NCBI RefSeq assembly: GCF_004010195.1
Contig: NC_057754.1
Coordinates: 11,749,609-11,813,608 of the forward strand
Direction: 5' to 3'
Source of the DNA: Chiloscyllium plagiosum
Lineage: Eukaryota
Length of the DNA stretch: 64,000 nucleotides
The translations under genes were made by a program, and so were the position numbers. How positions within the stretch are numbered: the first letter of the stretch is position 1; each line of letters starts with the position of its first letter. A model generated the notes under the pieces. That model saw nothing but the letters and a program-made list of their open reading frames with translations. It had not been told where the DNA came from and did not search any database. Below are positions 1 through 13,014 of the stretch, one piece after another.

Positions 1-1052
1 AACCAGTTCTTTATCCACCTAGCTAGAACACCCTGAACACTATGTGACTTCACTTTCTCCATTAGTCTACAATGGGGAACCTTATTAAATGCCTTACTAA
101 AGTCCATGTATATGACATCAACAGCCCTTCCTTCATCTAACAATTTGGTCACTTCCTCGAAGAACTCTATTAAGTTGGAAAGGCACGATCTCCCGCGCAC
201 AAAACCATGTTGTCTATCACTGATAAACTCATTCTTTTCTAAATATAAGTAGATCCTATCTCTCAGTACCCTTTCTAGCAACTTCCTCACCACCTACATC
301 AGGCTCACTGCTCTGTAGTTACCCGGAATATCCCTACTACCCTTCTTGTACAGGGGAACAACATGAGCAACCCTCCAGTCTTCCAGTACCTCATCTGTAT
401 TTAAGAATGCCACAAAGATATCTGTCAGGGCCCAGCTATTTCCTCTCTCACCTCCCTCAGCAACCTGGGACAGATACCATCCGGTCCTGGGGATTTGTCC
501 ACCTTAATAACCTCTAGCATACCCAACACATCTTCCCTACTTATGCCAACGTGATCCCCACTAATCAAACGTCTACCTCTAATCTCAAGATTCATCATGT
601 TCCTCTCCTCAGTGAACACTGATGCAAAGTAATCATTCGGAATCTCACTCATTCTCTCAGGTTCGGCACACAGCCTTCCTTCATTATCTTTTAGTGGACC
701 AATCCTTTCTCTAGTTACCCGCTTGCTTCTTATATAAGAATAAAATGCTTTGGGATTTTCCTTAATTCTACTTGCTAAAGCTATTTCATGACCCCTTTTC
801 GCCCGCTTAATTCCTTGTTTAAGACTTGTCCTACTCTTCCCATATTCCTTCAGAGTCTGTTCTGTTCTTAACTGCCTAGATCTTATGTATGCTTTCCTTT
901 TCCTCTTGGCTAATTGTACAATTTCTCCTGTCATCCACGGTTCACAAATCTTGCCCTTCCTATCCTTTGCCTTCAAAGGGTCATGCTTATCCAGCACTAC
1001 CGTTAACCTATTTTTGAAAGCCTCCCACATCTCAAATGTGGACTTCCCTTCA
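1..1052 (-). mobile_element. CR1 LINE ORF2 fragment (tether region and start of reverse transcriptase), decayed, running off the window edge
   Basis: ORF 425..1030 has CR1 motifs PWMT, KENPKAFYSYIRSK, YFASVFT and KSPGPDGI.PRLLRE. Sequence towards base 1 reads QHGF...SCL.NLIEFFEEVT...DVIYMDFSKAF. Confidence 0.93.
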
Positions 1053-1517
1053 AAATGAAGGGTCTACAAAATGAATTATAGGGAATGAAAATACTGCAGC
1101 GTTTGTTGGTCAAAAATAAAGAGAAATGGATCTCACACTGAAAAAAAAATGTGACTGTGAAGGATAATGTTTGCACATGAATCTGGTAAGACTGCTGCAC
1201 ATGGTCGGGAGACGGGCAGCAGAGGAAAGCCCATTTACACAAGGTGTGGAAAAGTAATAGTTAAATATTAAACGGAACTAAATATACCCATTATTAGAGA
1301 CTGAGGACGTCAGATTTTGACAAATAGTTGATCATGGAGCATAGAGGTGAATCAGAGTAGTTTCAGTGTTCCGATCTCAATTGGATGAACAGTGAACAAA
1401 TGAAATGCTTCAATAGATCATAATCTTTCAAGCAGGGCTTCTTACAGTGAGGCTTTAATATGTAGCAAGGAGCTGTAACCAAGTTACAAGCATTTCTCCT
1501 CCACTAAATAACAAAAG

Positions 1518-2050
1518 TGTAACAGCATGTGGTGTAAAATTATGTCCCAATACATGTGTGAATCATAATGTAACACATGTATTGGGCCAAGCAGTGGAAT
1601 GTGGTGAAACGGTTAAAAATTATGTCCCAATACATGTGTGAATCTAACCGGAATGGAGGTGTTGCTTAGTCCCGTGTGAATCTTATTACACACCTCCCCG
1701 TGTGAATCTTCTTATCTGTATGTAACCAGAATGGAATGTGTTTTTTAGCCTTGCTCTGCTGTTCACATGAATGTTTATATCTGGAAAAGAGTATATCAGC
1801 TGGAAAAGTCTCCAGTTCGGTGAGTCTGCTCTGGGGTTACGTTTAACCGCCGAGCGTGGGTTGTTGGCAACCGCTCTACGAGAACTGACGGCTCCCAGTT
1901 CCGGTAACATGTAGAGTGAGTATAAGCCATACCCGTTGTAAGTATGAGACCTGGTTGTGGCGACGCTGCGGGGAATAAAATGCTCATATTCTAGCAGACT
2001 CGCCTCTTGGTCGTTTGTTCTGTGTCAGACTACTCTCCTACGAACCTGAC
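1518..2050 (+). mobile_element. Putative LTR (possibly the 3' LTR of a Gypsy relic)
   Basis: Starts TGTAAC, has internal direct repeats, a TATA-like GTATATC near 1790 and AATAAA near 1974. Upstream 1230-1271 reads PIYTRCGKVIVK, resembling the TRSGR tail of Gypsy integrases. No clear CA end or TSD. Confidence 0.35.
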
Positions 2051-2329
2051 CTTGAGAATTTTTTAAAACACAGCAGCAACTAAGCTGCCTGAAATCAGTT
2101 CTTTGCTTTAGTATTCTGCTAGCATCAAACGTCTCTCCCACGAAATACGTACTATCTCTCTCAATCTGGGAAAGCAATCCAGAAAAAAGTGAACATTTCT
2201 CTTGGCTTCAGTTTGCTCTTTTACATCCCCGCCTTCTCACTATCAGGAAGGCTGTGCATGCGTCCAGCAGCAAATTTCCAACTACAAAGATGGCTATGTG
2301 GCATGTGTCCTGCAGATCATTATCCTAAG

Positions 2330-2518
2330 TAAAAATCAGGTTGTAGTCCAACAGATTTATTAGAAATCACAAGCTTTGGCAGCGCTGCTCCTTCACCTGA
2401 CCAAGGAGTAGCCCTCGGGAAGTTGTGATTTCAAATCAACCTTTTGGACTATAACCTGGTTCTGTGTGACATCTAACTTTGTCCACTCCAGTCCAACACG
2501 GACATCTCCACATCATGC
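2330..2518. mobile_element. Penelope-like terminal repeat (second family) as an imperfect inverted pair with degenerate hammerhead cores
   Basis: caggttgtagtccaacag...gctccttca (2337-2395) is mirrored by ...aaggagtagccctcgggaag...ttggactataacctg (to about 2458). The core is a decayed CTGATGAAGGAGCAGCGCTCCGAAA. Confidence 0.7.
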
Positions 2519-2639
2519 CCAATAAAAATGGTGGCGGTTTCACAGAAAATCGGTGCAGGAGTAGGCCATTCAGCTCTTTTAGCCTGGACCACCATTCAAT
2601 GCGACCATCGCATCTGGGAGTGCAGGTCAATTGTACCCT

Positions 2640-3325
2640 GTAGGTTGCTGCACAGGTGGATAGAGTGGTCAAGAAGGCATATAGTATGCTTGCCTTCATT
2701 GGACGGGGTATTGAGTACAAGAGCTGGCAAGTCATGTTAAAATTGTACAAAACATTGGTTCGGCTGCATTTAGAACACTGTGTACAGTTCTGGTTGCCAC
2801 ATTACCAAAATGGTGTGGACGCTTTGGAGAGGGTGCAGAGAAGGTTTACGAGGATGTTGCGTGGTATGTAAGGTGCTAGCTATGAAGAGAGGTTGAGTAG
2901 GTTAGATTTATTTTCACTAGAAAAAAGGAGATTGAAGGGGGACCCGATTGAGGTTTACAAATCATGAAGGGTATAGACAGGGTGGATAGAGACAAGCTTT
3001 TTCCCCCGGGTGAAGGATTCAATAACGAGAGGTCATGCTTTCAAGATGACAGGTGGAAAGTTTAAGGGGGATACACGCGGCAAGTACTTCACACAGAGGG
3101 TGGTGGGCGTTTGGAACGCGTTGCCAGCAGAGGTGGTTGAGGCAGGCACGGTAGATTCATTTAAGATGCATCTGGACAGTTGCCTGAGTAGGAGGGGAGC
3201 AGAGGGATACAAATGCTTAGGAATTCACCGACAGATTTAGACAGTACATTTGGATCTGCTCAGGCTTGAAGGGCCGAAGGGTCTGTTCCTGGGCTATAAA
3301 TTTTCTTTGTTCTTTTTTCTTTTCT
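2640..3325 (+). mobile_element. CR1 LINE 3' end
   Basis: ORFs give DRVVKKAYSMLAFIGRGIEYKS..VML.LYKTLVR.HLE.CVQFW and TRGH...FTQRVV.VWNALP..VVEA, followed by a 3' UTR and a short T-rich tail. Confidence 0.93.
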
Positions 3326-3595
3326 TTGACCCTGACGAATTAACTCCGTTATTCCCTCCACAGATACCACCAATTTTTGGCAAAGCCTGTTACCAGTGTA
3401 GAACATTATGTTTGACCGTCTTGTACTTCTTGCATTATTTGTTGGTGACCTTGCTCCCACAATGCAGTTAGATAACAAGTTAACAGATCATTCACACAGC
3501 AATAGTGAAGAGATGACAATACATGGCCAAATCAATAAAAAGTGTTTTTTTAATGTTTCTAATTTCACAGAAATATTGTTGAGGAAATTTTGAAA

Positions 3596-4150
3596 TGAGG
3601 TCATAGATGGAGATATTAGATTAAGTGATCAGAGGCATTGCCAAATAAGCAGATGTTCAAGCAAACCTTAAAGGAGGAAAGCAGATTTGAGAGGTTCAGG
3701 TTGAAAAGTCCAGACTGTGTTGCCTTGACAACTGTAGGAACAGCCGCTAATGCTGAAGCAAGGAAGAAACACATTGTTGGAGTCTGAAACTAAATGAGCT
3801 GTCGAGGCCTTGAAGGTTATGTAGTATGGGGAGGTAGGAATAATCATGCCAGGAATTAAATGTAGGGTGAGATTTTTCAAATGTTGTTACTTATAAATCA
3901 GAACCTTCATAGATCAGGGAGCTCGGGGTAATGAATGAACAAGTCTTCATAAGTGCGAAGGTGGGCATCAGAGTTTTAGGTATTCTTGAGATTATAGCAG
4001 ATTTGCATATGCGAGACTGGCCAGCAGTGTATAGAATAATTACGTCTCGAGGTAACAAAGGAATGAATGAGAGTTTGAGCAGCAGACGAGCAGAGACTAA
4101 GGTGGAGATGATGTCACCGTGGTGGAAATAGGTAGTCTTGGTGCAAAACT
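3596..4150 (-). mobile_element. Old L2/CR1-group LINE 3' fragment
   Basis: Decayed match by eye to a common shark LINE 3' region (cttaaaggaggaaag...ccagactgtg...gccgctaatg). No intact ORF. Confidence 0.45.
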
Positions 4151-4377
4151 GGGTTCAGGCTTTCATCTCAACTCAATGAACATCAATGAGTTTGCACCAA
4201 GAGAAATCATTCCCCTGCTCCATGTGGAAAGTGATTCGCTTGGTCGGCCCGCTTACTAAGGCATCGACGAGTTCACATGTAACTTCAGTGATTGGATTTC
4301 ACTATGAATCATATTCAGGAGTGAATCAATTTCATTGGAGTCTGTTTTCATTAATGTTAATAAACTACCCTTTTTAT

Positions 4378-5076
4378 ATTTCATGCATAGGGTGTGGGTG
4401 TCGCTGGTTGGCTCGAATTTATTTTCATCCCTAGTTGCCCTTGAGATGGTGGTGGTTAGCTGCCCACTTGAACTACTGCAGTCCATGTACTGTAAGCCCA
4501 CTATGTTCTGAGGGAGCGGGTTTCAGGAATTTGCCCCAATAGCAGTGAAGGGACGACAATATATTTCCATGTCAGGATGGTGACTGACATGGAGAGGAAC
4601 TTTCAGGTGGCTCTGTTATCATGTATTTGCTGCCTTTTCCTTCTTCATGGAAATGATCATAGGTTTGGAAAGTACTGGGTTAGGATGCTCGATGAATTCC
4701 CGCAGTGCATCTTGTAGATGCTAGAAATGTTGCTTTTGAGTGTTTGTGAGTGGATGCTTGTGAATGTGGTGCCAGTCAAATGGCTGCATTGTCGTGGATG
4801 GTGTCAAGCTTCTTGATTTGTTGATGGAGCTGCACCCATACAGGCAAGTTTGTGAGTCAGGAGATGCACTACTCACTGCAATTTTCATAGCCTCTGTCGT
4901 ACTCTTGTAGCCCCTGTGTTTATATGGTGAGTCCTATTGAGTTTATGCTCAATGGTAATTCCAAAGATATTAATAGTGGGGATTCCCTGATGGTAATACC
5001 ATTGAATGTCAAGAGCAGTGATTAGATGGTCTCCTATTGGAAATTGTCATTGCTTGGTATTTGTGTAGTGTGAATA
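4378..5076 (-). mobile_element. Old LINE 3' end (CR1/L2 group, tail shared with Deu-type SINEs)
   Basis: Tail motif gtgggtgtcgctgg...catccctagttgcccttgag...ggtggt recurs in decayed form at about 21000-21370 and 49500-49600. It is interrupted by the LTR at 5077. Confidence 0.55.
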
Positions 5077-5871
5077 TGTGACGATGCTGCTTCTTCACCA
5101 AGGTCATGTTGTCCTTGCTTTTTTCCCAAGAGGGATTGTAAAAGGCAAGGGTTCCGATTTGTCTTTAATTTGGGGTCTTTGGTAATTGTTGTCTTGAGTA
5201 GTGTTTGCTAACCATCAGTAAAAAGGCTTTTAGGTTTTATTTAAAACACTTGTACAATGAAAGGGGAATGGTCTGTTCGCCCAGTTCAGGGATTTTTCTG
5301 GTTTCGTTAGTTTTAGCTAGGAACCTAGAGAAACAAATGCAGTGGAAAGAGGTTCCATGCTTCAGCAAACGATCTCTGACTGATCTCCCCTCTCTTTAAC
5401 ATGTCCCTTGTAAGAACTTGGGTTTTGAATTTACATTTGCTGTCAAAGAGGTGAGTTGTACGGATTTTCCTTGTTTGGTTTAGCTATGGCAGTCACAAGA
5501 TGCTGGAGTCTAGGAAGGTTGCAAGCTTCAGCAAATGATTCCTGGCTGACTTTCTCTCTGAAGTCTTTTTGGTAGTTATTCCCTCCTACCTGTACGAATT
5601 TGTGTTTCAACTGAACTCTTTGCAAAGAGGTGTGTTTTTGGGATGTTACTGGATAAGAGCAGTTCCTTTGGTAAGTTGCTGTATCAGGTTGGTTAAGGTT
5701 TCCAATAGTTATGTTATTCTAAATCCCATTTTTTATGTTAATGTTTAAAAATTCTATTTTGCTTAAATCCAAGTAGTTTGACCAACTGCATCACATCTGG
5801 AATATCCATTTTATATCTGTCTCGGCTACCTTCTTAAAATAATTTGAGGTGGTCTGGCCTGATCCATAACA
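5077..5871 (+). mobile_element. 5' LTR of Gmr1-type Gypsy element A
   Basis: TGTGAC...ATAACA termini, immediately followed by gag. Its start resembles the post-PPT sequence at 12974, and a reverse-strand homolog lies at 29810-30490. Confidence 0.8.
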
Positions 5872-6000
5872 TACTGCATGCTCTTGTTGAGATTGATTGT
5901 ATAATTCCAATTTGGGTTTGGGGTTGTTGGACTCAAAAGGTGGCGAGTGGTAGGTGTTAGTATCTTTTGTTCTGAACGTTGAATTCGGTTGGTTTAAGCG

Positions 6001-7290
6001 GTGCTTGGTATAGTAATGGTTCTTTCAGTCACCAAGAGATTTCTCGGGGTGGAAGAAGTGGCTTTAGAGGTTTTAGAAAAGGTGGGCAAGGCAAAGCTGC
6101 ACAAGTTGGCAGACAAGTTAGAGTTGAGGTTGTCTTCATCTGTGAGTAAAGGAGAGATAATTACAGCAATAGGTCAGCATTTAAAATTGCTGGAAATGCA
6201 ATCGGAATCTTTAGAAATGGCTAGAATTCAGTTGCAGAGGAGACAGCTTGCATATGAAACAGAACTGAAAAAATATAAATTACTGTTAAAAGCAGAGAGA
6301 AAAAGACAGAATTTCCCCAACAGAGCAAAAAGAAAGAGACAGATCACTTTGGCAGAACATAAAAGAAATGGAGAGGAAAGCCCTTGCAGGAGAAATGGAA
6401 AAAAACAGAAGAAAGGGAAAAAGAGAAAGATTGAATTTCAGAAATTGGCACTTTGACAAGAAAGTCGGTTTAAAAATTTGGAAGTGAAGGTAGAAAGTAC
6501 GCTTACTGAGGAAGATAGTGAGAATGAACATACCCATTGTAGCCAAAAGCCGAGTAGGGATCTGTTTAAGTATGTCCAAACATTGTCGAAACTTGATGAG
6601 AAGCATGTAGAATCCTTTTCATCTCATTTCATAAAGCAGCTAAACAAATACAGATACAAGTGGTCATGTTGGTTTTGTTGATCCAAACTAAGCTGGTAGG
6701 TAGGGCTGGTGAGGAATATGCATCAGTATCAGGGGAGGTATTTGGGGAGAACGAGGCGGTGAAGAAAGCCATCTTAAGTGCATATGAGCGTATGCCACAA
6801 GCCTGCAGCCAATGTTTCAGGAATCTAAGGAGGGACCCTGGTCAAACATACGTTAAGTTTCAAAGGATCACACAAAGTAATTTTGATAGGAGGATAAGGG
6901 CATTAAAAGTAGATCAAACATCTGATGCTGTTAGAGCGATTATTATTTTGGAGGAGTGACAATTCATGTGGAAGAATAGAGAGTTCAAACGGCAAGATTA
7001 GCTACTGAAATGGCTGAAATGAGTTGGTTTGTAAATCAAAGTTTGGCTTCCAACATCAATTTCAATCCAGGAGGAATAGAAATTTGGGAAAAGAGAAACC
7101 ATCACATGGCAAGGGAAAAGTAGATCTCGGTGAACATAATAAAGATAGCTTATCATAGGATAAAAAGAAAACCCATTCAGTGGAAAGAGAAGTTAAAAGG
7201 CTAAGGTATATTCACTGCAATAAAGTAGGACACATGAAGTTACAGTATTAGTTGGTTAGAAAAACACTGGGAAGACAGATGTAGAAAAAT
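6001..7290 (+). pseudogene. gag: Gypsy (Gmr1-like) gag, frameshifted
   Basis: Coiled-coil region, then KLDEKHVESF and LIQTKLVGRA.E.YAS...VKKAILSAYE..P....Q.FRNLR..PGQTY (capsid/SCAN-like), then a decayed zinc knuckle FHCNKVGHMK at about 7210-7245. Confidence 0.88.
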
Positions 7291-7404
7291 ATGATATGTG
7301 GGAGAATGGAGTCGAAAAACTTATCAGCCATGATTGAATAGTGGAGCAGACTTGATAGGCTAAATGGCCGAGATTTTGTTCCTACATTATGGTGTTATGA
7401 TCTA

Positions 7405-7590
7405 ATAAAGTGTTTGTGTTCCTTCCAGTGACAGGTGAACCTTTAAAAAGCAAGGTTTAGTGGACATTATCAATTCAAAAGGAGATTGAATGAGGTGAAC
7501 TATTAGGTAAGGACTCCAGACAGAAAGAAATCTCACAGATTTTGACATGTGAATATGCTCAAATGGGATTTTGATAGAGAAGGAAAGAAC
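7405..7590 (+). pseudogene. Gypsy element A integrase C-terminal (GPY/F) module
   Basis: With one frameshift it reads KVFVFLPVTGEPL/KARFSGHYQFKRRLNEVNY*VRTPDRKK...HVNMLK, homologous to 25179-25330. Confidence 0.75.
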
Positions 7591-8249
7591 TTGCATAAGG
7601 ACCAGGAGCAGGAGTAGGCCAACTGGATCTTCAAGCCTGCTTCACCACCCAACAAGATCATTGTTGATCTTTTTGTGGACTCAGATCCACTTATCCGTCC
7701 TCTCACCATAATAGTTACTATTTAAAACAACATTCCTTTATTATTCAAAACCTTAGCTATCTTAGCATTAAAAACATTTACTGAGGATGCTTTAACTCAT
7801 TTGCTGGACAGGGAATTCTATAGATTCTCAACCCTCTGGGTGAAAAGGTTCCTTCTCAATTCAGTGCTAAATTTGCTCCCTCTAATTTTGAGGCTATGTC
7901 CTCTTCTCCTAGTTTCACCCACCAGTGGACACATCCTATGCCTTTCATAATTTAATATATTTCTAGATGATCCCCCAACCCTCCATTCTTCTAAATTAGA
8001 ATGGCTATCATCCCACTCTACTCCGTCTCTCCTCATAAGCCAACCCCCTCAACCTCCTCTGTACCTCCTCTGGTGCCTTGCTCAAGAAAGGAGACCAAAA
8101 ATGCATGCAGTACTCCAGGCATGGCCTCACCAGCACCCTATACAGCTGCAACGTCACGTCTCTGCTTTTCAACTCTATTGCTTTAACAATGAAGGATCAA
8201 AACTCCATTTGCCTTCTTAATTACTGGCTGCTATTCATGTAGAAGGTCA

Positions 8250-9140
8250 CCCAGGTCTGTCTGCACAGAGACCACAATTTCCCTTCCCACGTTGTTAAAG
8301 ATGCCCTCCAATGCATCTCGTCCACATCCCGCAAGACAACCTCAGACAACAGCCCTCCAACCGTAACATGGACAGAACGCCCCTGGTGCTCACCTTCCAC
8401 CCTACCAACCTTCACATAAACCAAATCATCCGCCGACATTTCCGCCACCTCCAAACAGACCTCACCACCAGGGATATATTTCCCTCTCAACCCCTTTCTG
8501 CCTTCCGCAAAGACCGTTCCCTCCGTGACTACCTGGTCAGGTCCACGCCCCCCTACAACCCACCCTCCTATCCTGGCACCTTCCCCTGCCACCGCAGGAA
8601 TTGCAAAACCTGCNNNNNNNNNNNNNNNNNNNNNNNNNNNNNNNNNNNNNNNNNNNNNNNNNNNNNNNNNNNNNNNNNNNNNNNNNNNNNNNNNNNNNNN
8701 NNNNNNNNNNNNNNNNNNNNNNNNNNNNNNNNNNNNNNNNNNNNNNNNNNNNNNNNNNNNNNNNNNNNNNNNNNNNNNNNNNNNNNNNNNNNNNNNNNNN
8801 NNNNNNNNNNNNNNNNNNNNNNNNNNNNNNNNNNNNNNNNNNNNNNNNNNNNNNNNNNNNNNNNNNNNNNNNNNNNNNNNNNNNNNNNNNNNNNNNNNNN
8901 NNNNNNNNNNNNNNNNNNNNNACTCACCTACTGTACTCTATGCTACTTTCTCCCTACCCCCACCCTCCTCTCATTTATCTCTCCACCCTTCAGGCACTCT
9001 GCCTGTATTCCTGATGAAAGGCTTTTGCCAGGAACGCCGATTTTACTGCTCCTCGGATGCTGCCTGAACTGCTGTGCTTTTCCAGCACCACTCTAATTTA
9101 AACTCTGGTTTCCAGCATCTGCAGTCATTGTTTTTACCTT
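8250..9140 (+). mobile_element. 5'-truncated Penelope-like element (Neptune-like) nested in CR1; spans the assembly gap
   Basis: RTPLVLTFHPTNL.INQII.RHF.HLQ.D..T..IFP..PL.AFRKD.SL.D.LV...PC.R.NCKTC (RT-EN linker). The 3' terminal repeat has a degenerate hammerhead, ctgatgaaaggcttttgccaggaac, at about 9011-9035. Confidence 0.9.
8614..8921. other. Assembly gap (308 N)
   Basis: Run of N. Confidence 1.
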
Positions 9141-11968
9141 TTTGCACAGCAGCATGCCTCATTTCTTTTTATCATGATCGTAATAATCCTTTTTAACTGT
9201 TATTCCGACCAAAACAGCTGACTTCACGTTTTCTAACTTTGTACTCCATCGTCTAGACCTTTGGCACTCACTTAAACTATCTATGTCCGTTTGCAAAGTT
9301 TCACAGACCTCTGCACACTTCGCTCTACCATTCATCTGACTGTCATCTGCAAACTTTGACACACTACACATGGTCCCAACTCCAAATCATCTATGTAAAT
9401 TGTGAACAATTACAGTCCCAACACTGATCCTTGAGGCACACCACGGGTCACTGATTACCAACCAGAAAAACACTCAATTATCTCCACTCTTTGCTTCCTG
9501 TTAGTTAACCAATTCTCTATCCATGTTATTACGTTGCCTGTATCATCTTGCATCTTTATCTTATGCAGCAAACTTTTGTGTGACACCCTGTCAAATGTGT
9601 TTTGTAAATCAAGATACATCACATTTACTGGGCACCCGTTGTCCACTGTGCTCATAATGTCTTCATAGAATTCCAGTAGATTAGTTAAGCATGACCTGCC
9701 CTTTGTGAACCCATGCTGCGTCTGCCCACTGGGAGAATATCTTTCCATATGCCTTGCTATTTTCTCCTTGCTAATAGACTTAATCACTTTCCCGACTACA
9801 GAAGTAAACTAACTGGCCGAAACGTCCTTATCTTTTGTCTACCTGATTTTTAAACAGTGGTATCACATTTACTGTTTTCACAAATGCTGGAACTACCCCA
9901 GAGTCCAATGAATTTTGGAATATTACCGCCAGTGCATTTGCCATTTCTCCTGCCATTTCTTTTCATATCCTGGCATGTAAAGCAACAGGACCAGGAGACC
10001 TGTCTACTCATAGCTCCATTAGCTCGCCCAATCCTATTTCTTTCATCTTTTTGTCAATTACTGACAAGTCCCTAAGGTCCTCCACTGGGAAGACTGATAC
10101 AAAATATCTGTTCAATGTCTCGGCCATTTTCTCATATCCCATTACTAAATCCCCTTCTCATTCTCTAAAGTACCAATGTTTACTTTACCAACTCTTTCTA
10201 GTTTTATATATTCATAGGAACATTTGGTATCTGTATTTATATTCTGAAATAGTTTATTCTCATAATGTATCTTACTTTTCTTAATAGCCTTTTTGTTGCT
10301 TTCTACTGACCTTCAAAGCTTTCCAAAATATTTAGTTTCCTGCTGATCATGGCCACTTTGTATACTTTCTATTTCAATTTGATAACCTCCCTCATTTCCT
10401 TAGACATCCATGGCAGATTACCCCTTTTCCTACAGTCGTTCCCGTTCACCGTTGTATAGTTTTGCTGAGCACTTTGAAGCATTGCTTTGGAAGTCCTCTA
10501 CTGTTCAGCAACTGTCCCACCTTAAAATGTTTGCTTCCAATGTACTTGAGCTAACTCCTCCCTCATCCTATTGTAGTTTCCTTTGTTTAAGCAGAGGGAC
10601 TTGGTATTGGATTTTATCTTTACACTTTTCATCTGCATTCTAAATTCAACCTTACTGTGATTGCTCCATCCAAGAGGATCCTAACTATGACTTCAATAAT
10701 TACTCCTGTCACATTACACAGAACTCAATGTAGGATAGCTTGCTCCTTCATCGGTTCCATTACATACTATTCAAAGTAAATATCGCAAATGCATTCAATG
10801 AACTCTTCCTTAAGGCTACCTTGACCGAGCTGGTTCAACCAAATCAACCTGTAATTTAAAATCCCCCATGATAATGGCCGTCTCATTTTTACAGACATTG
10901 ATCATTTCTTTGTTTATTGCTCGCTCCAGTGTGACATTATTATTTGGAGGCTGTTTCACTACGCCTATCACTTTTTCTTTTTAGAATTTCAAATTTCCAC
11001 CCAAATGGATTTAAACTTATTCTCCATAAAACTTATGTCATCTCTCAACACCGCTTTGATGTCATCCTTAAATATCAGCGCGACACCACTTCACCTTCCT
11101 GTTTGTCCTTGCCAATAGTCTGATACCCCTGGACATTTAACTCCAAGTCGTGACCATCCTGAAACCATGCCTCCATAATGCCGACTAATTCATAGTCATT
11201 TGCGATGATTTGTGCCATTAAAGATCTACCTTGTTACGAATGCTATGAGCTTTCAGGTAAAGTACTGTTATGCTAACGTTTGTACCCTGTTTATGAATTC
11301 TAATACATCCATTAATAATATCTGCTGAGTTATCTTTCCTTTTTACTTCTTTCATCGTCTGCCATGGAGTTAAACCCTCATGTAGACACGCTGACCTGCT
11401 GCTTTTCTTTTTATTTGCCACCATGCTTCCTGTCATTGTCCCCTTCTTTTTCACCGATTCATCAGTTTAAAGTTCTAATTACCTTATTTATCTTCTTCGC
11501 TAGAACACTGGTTCCAGATTGACTCAGGTAGAGATCGTCCCATTGGTACAGGTCCTTTCTGTACCATTTCTGATGCCAATGCCCAATGAAATGGAACCCC
11601 TCTTTGCCACACCACTCCTTTAGCCACGTGTTTACTTCCATAATTTTCTTACCACTAAGCCAATTTTTACGTCGCTTGGATAGTATTCCAGTGATTATAG
11701 CTCTAGAAGGCTTGTTCCTTCATTTTGTTCATCGTGCTTGATAATCCCCAAACAGGTCCTCTTTCCTATTCTTGCCTATGTTGTTTGTACCAACATGGAC
11801 CACAACAAATGGATTCTTGTCCTCCCACTCCAATACTCTCTCAAGCTGATCAGAGATGCCCTGCACCCTGCCACCAGGCAGGCAACATAGAATGCAGGAC
11901 TTTCAATCTTGCTCACAAAGGATGCTTTCAATCCCCTTAATTATGGAATCCCCTACAACTACCACTTG

Positions 11969-13010
11969 TAAAAGCAAAAGGGGAATGTGTTACGGGTTCC
12001 AACACAGAGTGAAGAACCAAGTTCAAAGATTCTGAATTGGACATTCTTCAAATTAAATTGGACAATGAGGAAGTTATGAAATATTAGGATAAATTATTGT
12101 TAAATTACCTTCCAGAGAGAAAAAAAATCGAAATATCTGAAATAGTTAATGCTATCTGATGGGGATTTATGTGAGAATAAGCTGGGAAGTACTAATCTAT
12201 TTATGTACGATGTAGGTGTAGGAAATACTGTTCCAATTAAGCAACACCCTTTTTGATTTAATGCTGTAAAGTTGGCGCAGGTTCAAAAAAAAGTTGAACG
12301 CTTGTTCCAAGACAACATAATCAAAGTGATTTGCAGTGACTGAAGCTAACCGTTCATAATGGTGCCAAAACCAGATGGTTCCAAAGTTTGTGTCAGAAAC
12401 AATGCAATTCGAAATTCTGATTCATATCCAATTCCATGTTTGGAAGACTATATTGAGAAGGTAGGACAAGCAACGTATATTTTTAAATTGGTCTTAGTCA
12501 GAGGATATTAGCAGGTACCCTTATTGAAAGAGTGAAGATGATTTCGGCTTTCAGAACACTGAATAGACTGTATCAATTTAAATTCATATCATTTGATATG
12601 AGAAATGTGCTAGCCACATTTCAAAGATTAACCAATAAAATCATTTCTGGATTATCCAATTGTGTGGTATACATCAAAGACCTGATGAATTATAGTCACA
12701 TATTATTATTGCAGTTATTCAGTTTGGAAATCATACATGTGGCTGGACAAGAAAATGTAATTACTGACACATTGTTGAGACTTGGCTGTAAAAACAAAAC
12801 GGAGGCTTCCAGTGGCATGAGTAAGTGGACTGAAATAGGACGTTATAGTAATGTTTGCATGGCTACAGTCAATGTAATGTAAATGTATTGTAATGTGCTT
12901 ACAGAAGAAGACTGAGGAGTTTAAAACGAAGCCATCTTTGTATGCTGATGATTCTTTTTTCTTCAGAGGGAGTTGTGACAATGCTGTCACTTTATCAAGT
13001 TTACTTTGTC
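11969..13010 (+). mobile_element. pol: Gypsy element A: RT fragment, RNase H tail, PPT and start of 3' LTR
   Basis: PIKQHP, VPKPDG, DSYPIP.LED.IEKVGQA, ISAF.T...YQF...ATFQRL...VYIKDL, HVAGQENVI.D.L.R. Purine tract agagggag is followed by TGTGACAATGCTG at 12974. Confidence 0.85.
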
Positions 13011-13014
13011 GCTG

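Larger units (their letters stand above)
7600..11968 (-). mobile_element. Long decayed CR1 LINE (ORF1 esterase end, endonuclease, RT, 3' end) inserted in Gypsy A
   Basis: TRRRGHSLKIRG..F.TELRRN.FTQRV (7818-8036), SKFADD (9159-9371), QHGFTKGRSCLTNLLEFYE (9455-9787) and the APE start LYLKAHSIRNKVD (11218-11454). Confidence 0.88.

Noticed and set aside
8525..9067. Long ORFs spanning 8614-8921
   Set aside because: Open only because they run through the N gap.
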